From Desulfuromonadales bacterium (GTDB lineage: Bacteria > Desulfobacterota > Desulfuromonadia > Geobacterales > Pseudopelobacteraceae), in assembly GCA_037129255.1 (NCBI GenBank), contig JBAXVG010000025.1, forward strand, positions 120-64,119: 64,000 nucleotides of DNA. Direction: 5' to 3'. The notes below the pieces were generated by a model. It ran no database searches. It had not been told where the DNA came from and worked only from the letters and a program-made list of their open reading frames with translations. Every line of letters starts with the position of its first letter. The first letter of the stretch is position 1. Made by a program: the position numbers and the translations under genes. Shown here piece by piece: positions 42,890 through 51,519 of this stretch.

Positions 42890-43558
42890 CTAGGTCACGG
42901 TTCCGATATTTTTCTGTGGACGGATGTACAGCACGGCATCAAAATCCGACTGAACGGGAAGATCAGTGGCAGATGTGAGATATATTGAAGTCCTGCCCTC
43001 TTTTTCCGTATGAAATTCTTCAAGAACGGATGCCAGGAGAGTTTGTTCCGGTTTTGAAATTCTTTCCAGAGTGTTGCAATACACCATGATATCCGGCTGC
43101 ATCAGTGCTGCCCTTGTAAATGCTGTTGCCCGCTTTTCAAAGAGAGAGAGATGAGCAGGTAACAACATGAATTTTTCAGCACAATCAAGTTTCTTCAGAT
43201 AATTAACGGCTAATTCATCATCAACAGGTTTGGACTTTCCGGTGTGATAATAAAATGGCAGAAAAATGTTTCCCCACATTTTAAGATTAGAAATCAGCCC
43301 ACCGTGAAAAGCGACAATTCCCAACCTGCGCCGTGTATGCATAAGTTTTTCCGGGGTTGTCTCTCTGGTGGAGTTACCACATACAGCTATGGTGCCTCGC
43401 TCCGGTATCAACAAACCCGCTATCAATCTCGTCATGGCAGTGCTTTCTTCCTCACGTGCAGTAACAATAAGAACACGCCTTCCTGCTTCGATTTCACATG
43501 AAAAATCGTGAAGCATATCGGAATAGCTCACATCCCTGAACATGACGGCGGCTGACAT
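42890..43558 (-). CDS. ABC-transporter ATPase homologue (MlaF-like) with degenerate catalytic motifs
   Basis: Aligns by eye along the full length with MlaF-type NBDs. Walker A becomes TAREEEST, the Q-loop Q becomes H (VAFHGG), the signature LSGG becomes LSLFE, Walker B DE becomes VYCNT, and H-loop SHD becomes SAT. Confidence 0.7.
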   Translation of the reverse strand: MSAAVMFRDVSYSDMLHDFSCEIEAGRRVLIVTAREEESTAMTRLIAGLLIPERGTIAVCGNSTRETTPEKLMHTRRRLGIVAFHGGLISNLKMWGNIFLPFYYHTGKSKPVDDELAVNYLKKLDCAEKFMLLPAHLSLFEKRATAFTRAALMQPDIMVYCNTLERISKPEQTLLASVLEEFHTEKEGRTSIYLTSATDLPVQSDFDAVLYIRPQKNIGTVT

Positions 43559-43738
43559 GGCATATATAGTAGCTTGAAATATATTGTTGTCAACGTGAGA
43601 ATTGAGACAAGGGAACAGAGCAAGGCGGAATACAGGGATATCCTTGCTCGGCTATTGACATACTTCACGTAAATATGCATTTACTGTTGAAAAATGTTGT
43701 TTATGTTACAAACTATACTCCAATGATCTGGATACGAT

Positions 43739-45379
43739 ATGACTAGCACCGACATCGTCAACATCTCCCGCCCTCTGACCGAAATGGCCCGGCTTCAGCC
43801 GGATACACCTGCCATCATATTCCCGCAGGAACAACGCAGCCTGACTTTCCGCGAACTTGATCAGGAAAGCGACCGCGTTGCACGAGGATTGGAACGCATC
43901 GGCATTTCCCGCAGTATGCGTGTGGCACTACTGGTTCCCCCGTCACCGGAGCTGTTTGCCGTCACGTTTGCGCTGTTCAAGGCCGGCGCTGTTCCGGTGT
44001 TTATTGATCCGGGCATCGGAGCGCGTAACATGAAAGGATGCCTGGCCGAGGCCGAACCAGAGGCTTTCATCGGTATTCCAAAAGCCCATGTGGCGAGGCG
44101 GCTCCTGGGGTGGGGCCGCAAGACCATGCACATCCTGGTAACCGTCGGGGGAGGCCGTATCTGGGGAGGAATACCTTTGGCAGAGCTGCGCAGATCCAGA
44201 ATCGGTGAGCTGCCATTTACCCCGGCCGACACGCTTCGGGACGACACGGCGGCCATTCTGTTCACCAGCGGCAGTACCGGTCCGCCCAAAGGAGCAATCT
44301 ATACCCACGGCATTTTTGCGGCTCAGGTGGAGACCCTGCGGGAGATGTACGACATCCGACCCGGCGAGATCGACCTGCCGACCTTTCCCCTGTTTGCCCT
44401 GTTTGCGCCGGCTCTCGGCATGACCGCCCTGATACCGCGCATGGACTTTACCCGTCCCGGTTCGGTCGATCCCGGCTGTATTCTGGGGCCGGCCGCCGAA
44501 TTTTCCGCCACCACCATGTTCGGTTCCCCGGCACTCCTGAACCGGGTTGGACGCTACGGTGCAACCAAAGGTATCCGGCTCCCGCACCTTAAACGGATCA
44601 TCTCTGCCGGCGCACCGGTTCCGGCACCGGTACTTGAACGTTTTACTGCACTGCTGTCGTCCGATGCCGAAATTTTTACCCCTTACGGCGCTACCGAGGC
44701 ACTGCCGGTCTGTTCCATCGGCAGCAACGAAATACTGTCTGAAACCGGTGCCATGACCGACGACGGTCATGGCATCTGCATCGGCCGACCGGTGAATAAC
44801 ATCTCCCTTGCTATCATCACCATCAGTGACGAACCGATTGACGTGTGGCAGAACGAACTGGAACTGCCGATCTGGGAAGTAGGCGAAATTGTCGTGGCCG
44901 GCCCACAGGTCAGCCATGCCTATCTGAATCGCCCCGAGGCGAACCGGCTGGCCAAAATCGCTGATCCGGACGGAGGCGTCTGGCACCGCATGGGTGATGT
45001 GGGCTATCGGGACAACAAGGGCAGAGTCTGGTTCTGCGGTCGCAAGTCCCATCGGGTCGTCACTGCGAAGGAAGTCCTGTATACCATCACGGTGGAAGGG
45101 GTTTTCAACATCCATCCCGAGGTATTACGCACTGCTCTGGTCGGCGTCGGCCGAAAAGGCGTCCAGACACCGGTGCTCTGTGTCGAACTTGAAGCGGGAA
45201 AGGGGAAGGCGGAGCATGAGCGGATCAGGCAGCAATTGCTTGAGTTGGGCAGCGGTTATCCCCATACAAAGGGGATACGTCAGATCCTGTTCCGTTCCGC
45301 CTTTCCGGTGGATATCCGGCACAACGCCAAGATCTTCCGTGAAAAGCTTGCTGTCTGGGCTGAGAGGAGGATGAGATGA
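43739..45379 (+). CDS. oleC: OleC-like AMP-dependent synthetase (olefin beta-lactone synthetase family)
   Basis: AMP-binding core ILFTSGSTGPPKG. From memory of Xanthomonas OleC, the characteristic blocks are PEAFIGIPKAHVARR, DLPTFPLFALFAPALGMT, HRMGDVGYRDNKGRVWFCGRK and C-terminal FPVDIRHNAKIFREKLAVWA. Confidence 0.7.
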   Translation: MTSTDIVNISRPLTEMARLQPDTPAIIFPQEQRSLTFRELDQESDRVARGLERIGISRSMRVALLVPPSPELFAVTFALFKAGAVPVFIDPGIGARNMKGCLAEAEPEAFIGIPKAHVARRLLGWGRKTMHILVTVGGGRIWGGIPLAELRRSRIGELPFTPADTLRDDTAAILFTSGSTGPPKGAIYTHGIFAAQVETLREMYDIRPGEIDLPTFPLFALFAPALGMTALIPRMDFTRPGSVDPGCILGPAAEFSATTMFGSPALLNRVGRYGATKGIRLPHLKRIISAGAPVPAPVLERFTALLSSDAEIFTPYGATEALPVCSIGSNEILSETGAMTDDGHGICIGRPVNNISLAIITISDEPIDVWQNELELPIWEVGEIVVAGPQVSHAYLNRPEANRLAKIADPDGGVWHRMGDVGYRDNKGRVWFCGRKSHRVVTAKEVLYTITVEGVFNIHPEVLRTALVGVGRKGVQTPVLCVELEAGKGKAEHERIRQQLLELGSGYPHTKGIRQILFRSAFPVDIRHNAKIFREKLAVWAERRMR

Positions 45380-46371
45380 GGATTCTTGTCACGGGTGGCG
45401 GCGGCTTTCTCGGAGGAGCAATCGTGCGCATGCTGGTCGAACGGGGTGACGAGGTGCGCAGTTTTTCCCGGAGCGAATACCCGGCCCTGAACTCCCTTGG
45501 TGTGAAGCAGTTCAGGGGGAGTCTGGAAGATCGGGAAGCGGTACTGGAGGCTGCCAGAGGGTGCGAACTGGTTTTTCATGTGGCCGCCAAGGCTGGTATC
45601 TGGGGCAGCTATCGAGAGTACCACCTGGCCAACGTGGTCGGTACCGGGCATGTGCTGGCGGCCTGCAGGGAGTGCGGCATCAGTCGTCTGGTCTATACCA
45701 GCTCACCCAGCGTGGTATTCGACGGCAGCGACGTGGAGGGAGGAGATGAGTCGCTCCCCTACCCTGCCCGCTACGAGGCTCACTACCCGGCCACAAAGGC
45801 GTTGGCCGAACAACTGGTGCTGGCGGCGAATTCTGCCGAACTGGCAGTCACAGCCCTGCGTCCCCATCTGATCTGGGGCCCCGGCGACAACCACCTGGTG
45901 CCGCGCATCGTAGCAAAGGGACGTGCCGGCAAACTACGCCGGATCGGCAACCGCCCCAATCTGGTGGATACGGTGTATGTGGACAACGCCGCCCGCGCCC
46001 ATCTGCTGGCCGCCGACAGATTGGTCCCCGGAAGCTGTGTTGCGGGCAAAGCCTATTTCATCAGCAACAACGAACCGTTGCCGTTGTGGGAGATAGTCAA
46101 CCGCATCCTCGCCGCTGCCGGCATTCCTCCGGTCACCCGCAGTATCCCGCCGGCAGTGGCATACTCAGCCGGATACATCTGTGAAGCGCTCTGGGCACTT
46201 CTCCGGCTTGGAGGCGACCCCCCCATGACCCGCTTTGTCGCCCATGAGCTTGCCAGCGCCCACTGGTTCGATATCAGCGCCGCCCGCCGGGACTTCGACT
46301 ACCACCCGGAGGTTTCCATCGAAGAGGGCTTGATTCTATTGAAACAGTGGCTGCAGCACCCGCCACCATGA
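45376..46371 (+). CDS. oleD: OleD-like NAD(P)-dependent reductase (3-beta-HSD / extended SDR family)
   Basis: ATGA overlap with oleC. Rossmann motif ILVTGGGGFLG, catalytic YPATK, and blocks LRPHLIWGPGD, GKAYFISNNEPLP, PPMTRF typical of OleD. Confidence 0.7.
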   Translation: MRILVTGGGGFLGGAIVRMLVERGDEVRSFSRSEYPALNSLGVKQFRGSLEDREAVLEAARGCELVFHVAAKAGIWGSYREYHLANVVGTGHVLAACRECGISRLVYTSSPSVVFDGSDVEGGDESLPYPARYEAHYPATKALAEQLVLAANSAELAVTALRPHLIWGPGDNHLVPRIVAKGRAGKLRRIGNRPNLVDTVYVDNAARAHLLAADRLVPGSCVAGKAYFISNNEPLPLWEIVNRILAAAGIPPVTRSIPPAVAYSAGYICEALWALLRLGGDPPMTRFVAHELASAHWFDISAARRDFDYHPEVSIEEGLILLKQWLQHPPP

Positions 46372-46468
46372 ACACTACTCCCCGGCCATGGCAAACCGTT
46401 TCTTGCGGACAGTACCGAGGATCTGCATTTCTCCTATCTCACTCGAATTTCCGGATCGGAGTAAGCTC

Positions 46469-46891
46469 ATGGGCCTGTTTGACTGCCTGACATCAAAGAA
46501 ACCTGTTGCGACTCCGACTGCCGGAAACAGGAGCACCGGTGCTCTGGGCGAAGAAATTGCTTCGAATTATCTGATAACTCACGGCTACAGCATCCTGGAG
46601 CGCAATTTTCGTTGCAAGGGGGGCGAGGTGGACATCGTTGCCCGTGACCCCAATGATAATAGCCTTGTTTTTGTCGAGGTAAAAGCCCGCCAGGGGCTTG
46701 CCTACGGAGTACCGCAACTGGCGGTGACCCTATTTAAACAGCGCCAGATCTCCAAGGCAGCCCTGACCTGGTTGTCCAAAAACAGGATGCACGACCGGAA
46801 CGCCCGCTTCGATGTAATTGCAATCCTGCTTGACGAAGGCGGACGGCATCAGGTGGAGCATATCAGGAATGCTTTTGATCTTGCGTATTAA
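46469..46891 (+). CDS. yraN: YraN-family (UPF0102) endonuclease-like protein
   Basis: GGAG RBS before ATG 46469. GEEIASNYLITHGYSILERNFRCKGGEVDIVARD...LVFVEVKAR. Confidence 0.85.
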   Translation: MGLFDCLTSKKPVATPTAGNRSTGALGEEIASNYLITHGYSILERNFRCKGGEVDIVARDPNDNSLVFVEVKARQGLAYGVPQLAVTLFKQRQISKAALTWLSKNRMHDRNARFDVIAILLDEGGRHQVEHIRNAFDLAY

Positions 46892-46917
46892 AGAAACAAC
46901 CGCCACAGACCTACAAG

Positions 46918-47205
46918 CTACTCTTCATCCTCCCACCCGTTCTCCCCGTGCCCCTCATCATCATACTCATCATCATACCCGCCATATTCAGCCTCTTCAT
47001 CTTCGTCAAACTCCTCGTCAATATACCGCTGGGGCGGATTCAGCTCCTCCTCGGAAATCTTCTCGAAGCGTGACACCAGATCCTGATTGGTACAAAAGCG
47101 CCCCGCTTTATGATTGCACGAATTCAGACCACATAAATCGAACAACTGAATCTCATTGCACAGGCGTTGGGGCGGACTGTTCTGTTTTAGTTCTGTATGT
47201 TCCAT
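46918..47205 (-). CDS. hypothetical small protein: four-Cys N-terminal half, hyper-acidic C-terminal tail
   Basis: GAGG RBS before ATG 47205, 10 nt after the mlaE stop. C-x8-C-x4-C-x7-C pattern. 20 of the last 35 residues are Asp/Glu. Confidence 0.5.
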   Translation of the reverse strand: MEHTELKQNSPPQRLCNEIQLFDLCGLNSCNHKAGRFCTNQDLVSRFEKISEEELNPPQRYIDEEFDEDEEAEYGGYDDEYDDEGHGENGWEDEE

Positions 47206-47215
47206 ACGGGATACC

Positions 47216-47998
47216 TCAGGAAAATGAGAGGGAGACAAGATAGGTAATCAGACCATCCAGGACAAACACTGCAAAGAGGCTGGACATGACTGCTCTGGTT
47301 GCTGCCTGCGGAATTTCAGTGGCGCTCCGACCGACACCCAACCCGTACCAGCAGCAGATCGATGAAACAAACAGACCGAAAAAAACGCATTTTGAAAACA
47401 GCATGACAATTTCTTTTATACCCAGAGATGCCATGATGCCTTGAAAGAGATGATCATACGGGATATGCCATCCGACAGAGGCCACGATAAAGCTGCTGAT
47501 AAAAACGGTCAGTACAAAATAGACCGACAGAATGACCATGGAGACGGTGACGCCGGCTATGCGCGGCATGACAAGATAACTGTCGGAGGATATGCCCAGC
47601 ATCTCGATCGATTCAATCTCGCCATTGATCTTCATCGTTCCAAGTTCGGCGGATATGGCTGTTCCGCTACGGGCAATAATGATAATCGCAGTCAGGAGCG
47701 GCGCCAGTTCACGCAATACAACCCAGACCAGTATCTTGCCTGTCAGCGAGCCGTTATCGCCAACCAGACTTTCAGTCTGTGCAATAATCACCGTTCCGAT
47801 AATCACAGCGATAACAACTATGACGTACGTCGCCTCAAGACCGGTAAAATATAGCTGCCTGAGCAGCACCATCCGAATGGCGACATTCCCCTGGGCGAGG
47901 GTACGGATCAAATTTCCCAACGCCAGCATCTGCATGTTGATAACATCAATCAGCAGCAGCAGTCTGACCAGAAAGAATCTCCCAAGCGAATTTATCAT
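47216..47998 (-). CDS. mlaE: MlaE-family ABC transporter permease
   Basis: RELAPLLTAIIIIARSGTAISAELGTMKINGEIESIEMLG is the MlaE signature region. 260 aa with about 5 TM helices. Confidence 0.85.
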   Translation of the reverse strand: MINSLGRFFLVRLLLLIDVINMQMLALGNLIRTLAQGNVAIRMVLLRQLYFTGLEATYVIVVIAVIIGTVIIAQTESLVGDNGSLTGKILVWVVLRELAPLLTAIIIIARSGTAISAELGTMKINGEIESIEMLGISSDSYLVMPRIAGVTVSMVILSVYFVLTVFISSFIVASVGWHIPYDHLFQGIMASLGIKEIVMLFSKCVFFGLFVSSICCWYGLGVGRSATEIPQAATRAVMSSLFAVFVLDGLITYLVSLSFS

Positions 47999-48016
47999 GG
48001 GTACCGGGATTTTGTG

Positions 48017-48775
48017 TCAGATGTCGTACAGAGTACCATCATGCAGCAGTTCAATGCCTTTAATTCCCAGACACTCGATCTCACTGCGAATGATGGAATA
48101 GTACTGAGGTTTTGGATGGGTAATGAGGATTCGTTCAGGTAATTCAGCAATTTTGTCCAGTTCATCAATCAGCATCGAAGAGGTCAGATGTTTGGTAATC
48201 TGAGCCAGGTGTTCCATATTATTGGGAAAAGAAACTTCAACGATCAGGGCGTCCACACCTGAGCAATACTTCCAGATATCTTCAGTCGGACCGGTATCGC
48301 CCGTATAAACCAGTATCTTTCCCCCGGATTCCAGGCGGAAACCGACTGCCGGCACAGTATGGTTCACAGGAATTGTCTGAATGGTATAACCTTTAAAAGC
48401 GTATTCTTTGTACGGCTCAATGGTTGCGTAGGTTATTATCGGATCTTCTGCGGAAGGTATCACCGTGAAGTCCGGCCAGATGACACCGTTGAAAATGTGA
48501 TTCTTCAAGGCGGATATCACGGCAACAGTACTGTGCACCGTAACATTATGCTTCAGATTCTTCATGATTATGTTGTCTGCCAGAACCGGTATGCCCCGTA
48601 TATGGTCAAGGTGTGAGTGCGTGATGAAAATGTCCCGGATTTTCCACTGTTCTTCTTCGCTCAGAACAGAACCTATCGTGCCTGCATCCAGCAACAGTTG
48701 ACCATCTATCAGAAAGGCAGGTGGATGGAAATCAGGAAATTCAGCACCGGCGCTTCCAAGAATCTGTAACCTCAT
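48017..48775 (-). CDS. MBL-fold metallo-hydrolase (class II cyclic-nucleotide phosphodiesterase-like)
   Basis: HSHLDH metal-binding motif in FITHSHLDHIRGIP, then VNHTVPAVGF and YTGDTG. 252 aa. Confidence 0.75.
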   Translation of the reverse strand: MRLQILGSAGAEFPDFHPPAFLIDGQLLLDAGTIGSVLSEEEQWKIRDIFITHSHLDHIRGIPVLADNIIMKNLKHNVTVHSTVAVISALKNHIFNGVIWPDFTVIPSAEDPIITYATIEPYKEYAFKGYTIQTIPVNHTVPAVGFRLESGGKILVYTGDTGPTEDIWKYCSGVDALIVEVSFPNNMEHLAQITKHLTSSMLIDELDKIAELPERILITHPKPQYYSIIRSEIECLGIKGIELLHDGTLYDI

Positions 48776-48809
48776 AATGCCCCCCCTGCTGGTGTGGAAC
48801 AGAGCTCAA

Positions 48810-48836
48810 CAACACCCCCCGGGCCGGGGGGTGTTG
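48810..48836 (-). terminator. GC-rich hairpin downstream of acnB
   Basis: CAACACCCCCC-gggcc-GGGGGGTGTTG has an 11-bp stem. No U-tract follows. Confidence 0.4.
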
Positions 48837-48865
48837 TGACGACAGACGCATACTACGCAAAACTG

Positions 48866-51406
48866 CTATTTATACTCCGGCATCTCATCAAACTGCAGAT
48901 ACTTGTATATCTTCTCCCTGTTCGGCTCGACCTTTTCCTTGTAAATTTTCAGGAATTCAGCCGGTGTAGGCAGCTTGCCCATCAGCGCAGTTACCGCCCC
49001 CAGCTCGGCAGAACCGAGATAGACCCTGGCGCCATCGCCGATACGGTCATCGAAGTTACGGGTCGAGGTGGAGAACATGTTTACCCCGTCCGGTACGCGG
49101 GCCTGATTGCCCATACAGAGCGAACAACCGGCGATCTCGATGCGGGCGCCAAAAGCGCTGTAGACCGAGAAATACGACTCATCCTTGAGTTGCTGCTGAT
49201 CCATGCGGGTCGGCGGGCAGATCCAGGTGCGGACGCTGGAGTTGAATCTGCTGCCGCGCCATATCTCGGCAGCAGCCCGAAAATGGCCGATGTTGGTCAT
49301 GCAGGAACCGAGAAAAACGTCCTGAATCGGTGTACCGGCTACCTCGGAGAGCAGTTTGACGTCATCGGGATCATTCGGGCAGGCCACGATCGGCTCCTTG
49401 ATATCCTTCAGGTCGATCTCGATCACCGCTGCGTATTGGGCACCCTTGTCGGCCTTGAGCAGGGAAGGATTCTTCAGCCAGGCCTCGACGTCCTTTATGC
49501 GCTTCTTAAGGGTGTTGGCGTCGGAGTAGCCGTCCTTGATCATCTTCTTCATCAGGGCTGCGTTTGATTTCAGATAGGTGGCCACACTCTTCTCGGAGAG
49601 CTGGATGGCTCCAGCGGCGGCCGAACGTTCGGCGGCGGCATCGGTCAGTTCGAAACCCTGCTCCACCGTAAGCTCGGGGAGACCTTCCATCTCCAGAATT
49701 TTGCCGTTGAATATGTTGATCTTGTTCTTCTTGGGTACGGTTAAAAGCCCCTGCTTGATGGCCCAGTAGGGAATGGCGTTGACCGCATCGCGCAGGGTGA
49801 TGCCGGGATTGAATGTGCCTTTGAAGCGCACCAGGACCGACTCGGGCATATCCAGCGGCATGAACCCCATGGCGCCGGCAAAGGCCACCAGGCCGGAACC
49901 GGCCGGGAAGGAGATGCCGATGGGGAAGCGGGTGTGGGAGTCACCGCCGGTGCCGACCGTGTCGGGGAGCAGCAGGCGGTTCAGCCAGGAATGGATCACG
50001 CCGTCGCCGGGCCGCAGGGCCACTCCGCCGCGCTCGGCGATGAAGCCGGGCAGGTTCTTGTGCATCTTCACATCGGCCGGTTTGGGATATGCAGCGGTAT
50101 GGCAGAAGGACTGCATGAACATGGGGGCCTGGAACTTGAGACAGGCCAGTTCCTTCAGCTCGTCGGCGGTCATCGGGCCGGTAGTGTCCTGAGAACCGAC
50201 GGTGGCCATCCTGGGCTCACAGGCGGTACCTGGCAGGATACCGGTTACGCCGCAGGCAACACCGACCATCTTCTGGGCCTGTGAGTAGGCCTGCTTGGCC
50301 TTGGGCTTGGGATTGACCGGAAGAGTAAATACCTTGGTCGGCTTGAGCCCCAGTGCCGCCCGGGCCTTGTCGGTCACGGCGCGGCCAATGATCAGCGGAA
50401 TCCGGCCACCGGCGCGGAATTCGTCCGGCACGGTGTTGGGGCTGATGGTGAGTTGGGAGAGTACCTTCTTCCCCTTCTCATCGGTAATGACACCATTTTT
50501 CGTGTCGATCACGATCACGTCGCCGGTCTTCATGTTGGTCACGTCGGCCTTGAGCGGCAGAGCACCGGAATCCTGGGCGGTGTTGAAGAAGATCGGAGCA
50601 ATGACGCCGCCGATGATCACACCGGCTGTCTTCTTGTTGGGCACGCAGGGGATATCATCGCCGATTGCCCACAGTACGCTGTTACAGGCTGATTTACGGG
50701 AAGAGCCGGTACCGACCACGTCGCCGACAAAAGCCACCTGATAGCCATCCTTGCGGAACTGGGCGATGGTGTCCAGTCCCCCTTTGAAGCGGGTCTTACC
50801 CATGGCCAGGGCATGCAGCGGGATATCGGGACGGCTCCAGGCGTCGCCGGCCGGGGAGAAGTCATCGGTATTGATCTCGCCATCCACCTTGTAGACCTTG
50901 ACCGTGATCGTATCGGGCACACCCTTCCGTTTAGTGAACCAGTCGGCGTCGGCCCAGGATTTGAGAACCTTGGAGGCTGCGGCGTTCTTGCCGCTCGTGG
51001 CCAGCTTGGCGACTTCGTCAAAGGCATCATAGACAAGGACTATGCCTGACAGGGCGCAGGCGGCTTCGTCAGCAAGCTTTTTATCCTTCAGGGCGGCAAC
51101 CAGCGGAGCGACATTGTATCCGCCGATCATGGTACCCAGCAGACGGATGGCTGCCACCGCATCAATCAGCGGAGATTTCTTTGTGCCGGTTATGATCCCG
51201 GCCAGAAATTCCGCCTTGACCTTGGCAGCCGGGTCAACGCCGGGAGAAACACGATTGGTGATCAGGTCCAGCAGGAACTGTTCCTTCCCCTTGGGCGGTT
51301 TGACCAGCAGTTTGCACAGGTCGGCTGTCTGTTCGGGGTTGAGCGGCAGCGCAGGAATTCCCTGGGCCCCCCTCTCCTTTTCATGGGCAAGATACGCTTC
51401 AATCAT
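48866..51406 (-). CDS. acnB: aconitate hydratase B / 2-methylisocitrate dehydratase
   Basis: AGGAGG RBS. AcnB-type N-terminus MIEAYLAHEKERGAQGIPALPLNPEQ. 846 aa. Fe-S cluster Cys region GSCMTN and CSLCMGNQ. Confidence 0.95.
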   Translation of the reverse strand: MIEAYLAHEKERGAQGIPALPLNPEQTADLCKLLVKPPKGKEQFLLDLITNRVSPGVDPAAKVKAEFLAGIITGTKKSPLIDAVAAIRLLGTMIGGYNVAPLVAALKDKKLADEAACALSGIVLVYDAFDEVAKLATSGKNAAASKVLKSWADADWFTKRKGVPDTITVKVYKVDGEINTDDFSPAGDAWSRPDIPLHALAMGKTRFKGGLDTIAQFRKDGYQVAFVGDVVGTGSSRKSACNSVLWAIGDDIPCVPNKKTAGVIIGGVIAPIFFNTAQDSGALPLKADVTNMKTGDVIVIDTKNGVITDEKGKKVLSQLTISPNTVPDEFRAGGRIPLIIGRAVTDKARAALGLKPTKVFTLPVNPKPKAKQAYSQAQKMVGVACGVTGILPGTACEPRMATVGSQDTTGPMTADELKELACLKFQAPMFMQSFCHTAAYPKPADVKMHKNLPGFIAERGGVALRPGDGVIHSWLNRLLLPDTVGTGGDSHTRFPIGISFPAGSGLVAFAGAMGFMPLDMPESVLVRFKGTFNPGITLRDAVNAIPYWAIKQGLLTVPKKNKINIFNGKILEMEGLPELTVEQGFELTDAAAERSAAAGAIQLSEKSVATYLKSNAALMKKMIKDGYSDANTLKKRIKDVEAWLKNPSLLKADKGAQYAAVIEIDLKDIKEPIVACPNDPDDVKLLSEVAGTPIQDVFLGSCMTNIGHFRAAAEIWRGSRFNSSVRTWICPPTRMDQQQLKDESYFSVYSAFGARIEIAGCSLCMGNQARVPDGVNMFSTSTRNFDDRIGDGARVYLGSAELGAVTALMGKLPTPAEFLKIYKEKVEPNREKIYKYLQFDEMPEYK

Positions 51407-51473
51407 CGGTGTTCCTCCTTCGTGGGGTATTGTGGAGCGTCAAGCTGACGTTATGACTGACAAAAACGCATTC

Positions 51474-51502
51474 TGTATACATTTTTAGCGAATGACTGTC
51501 AA
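51474..51502 (-). promoter_or_regulatory. sigma-70-like promoter candidate for acnB
   Basis: On the minus strand, TTGACA-N17-TATACA lies about 65 nt upstream of the acnB ATG. Confidence 0.4.
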
Positions 51503-51519
51503 TTGAAGATTTGACGGCA

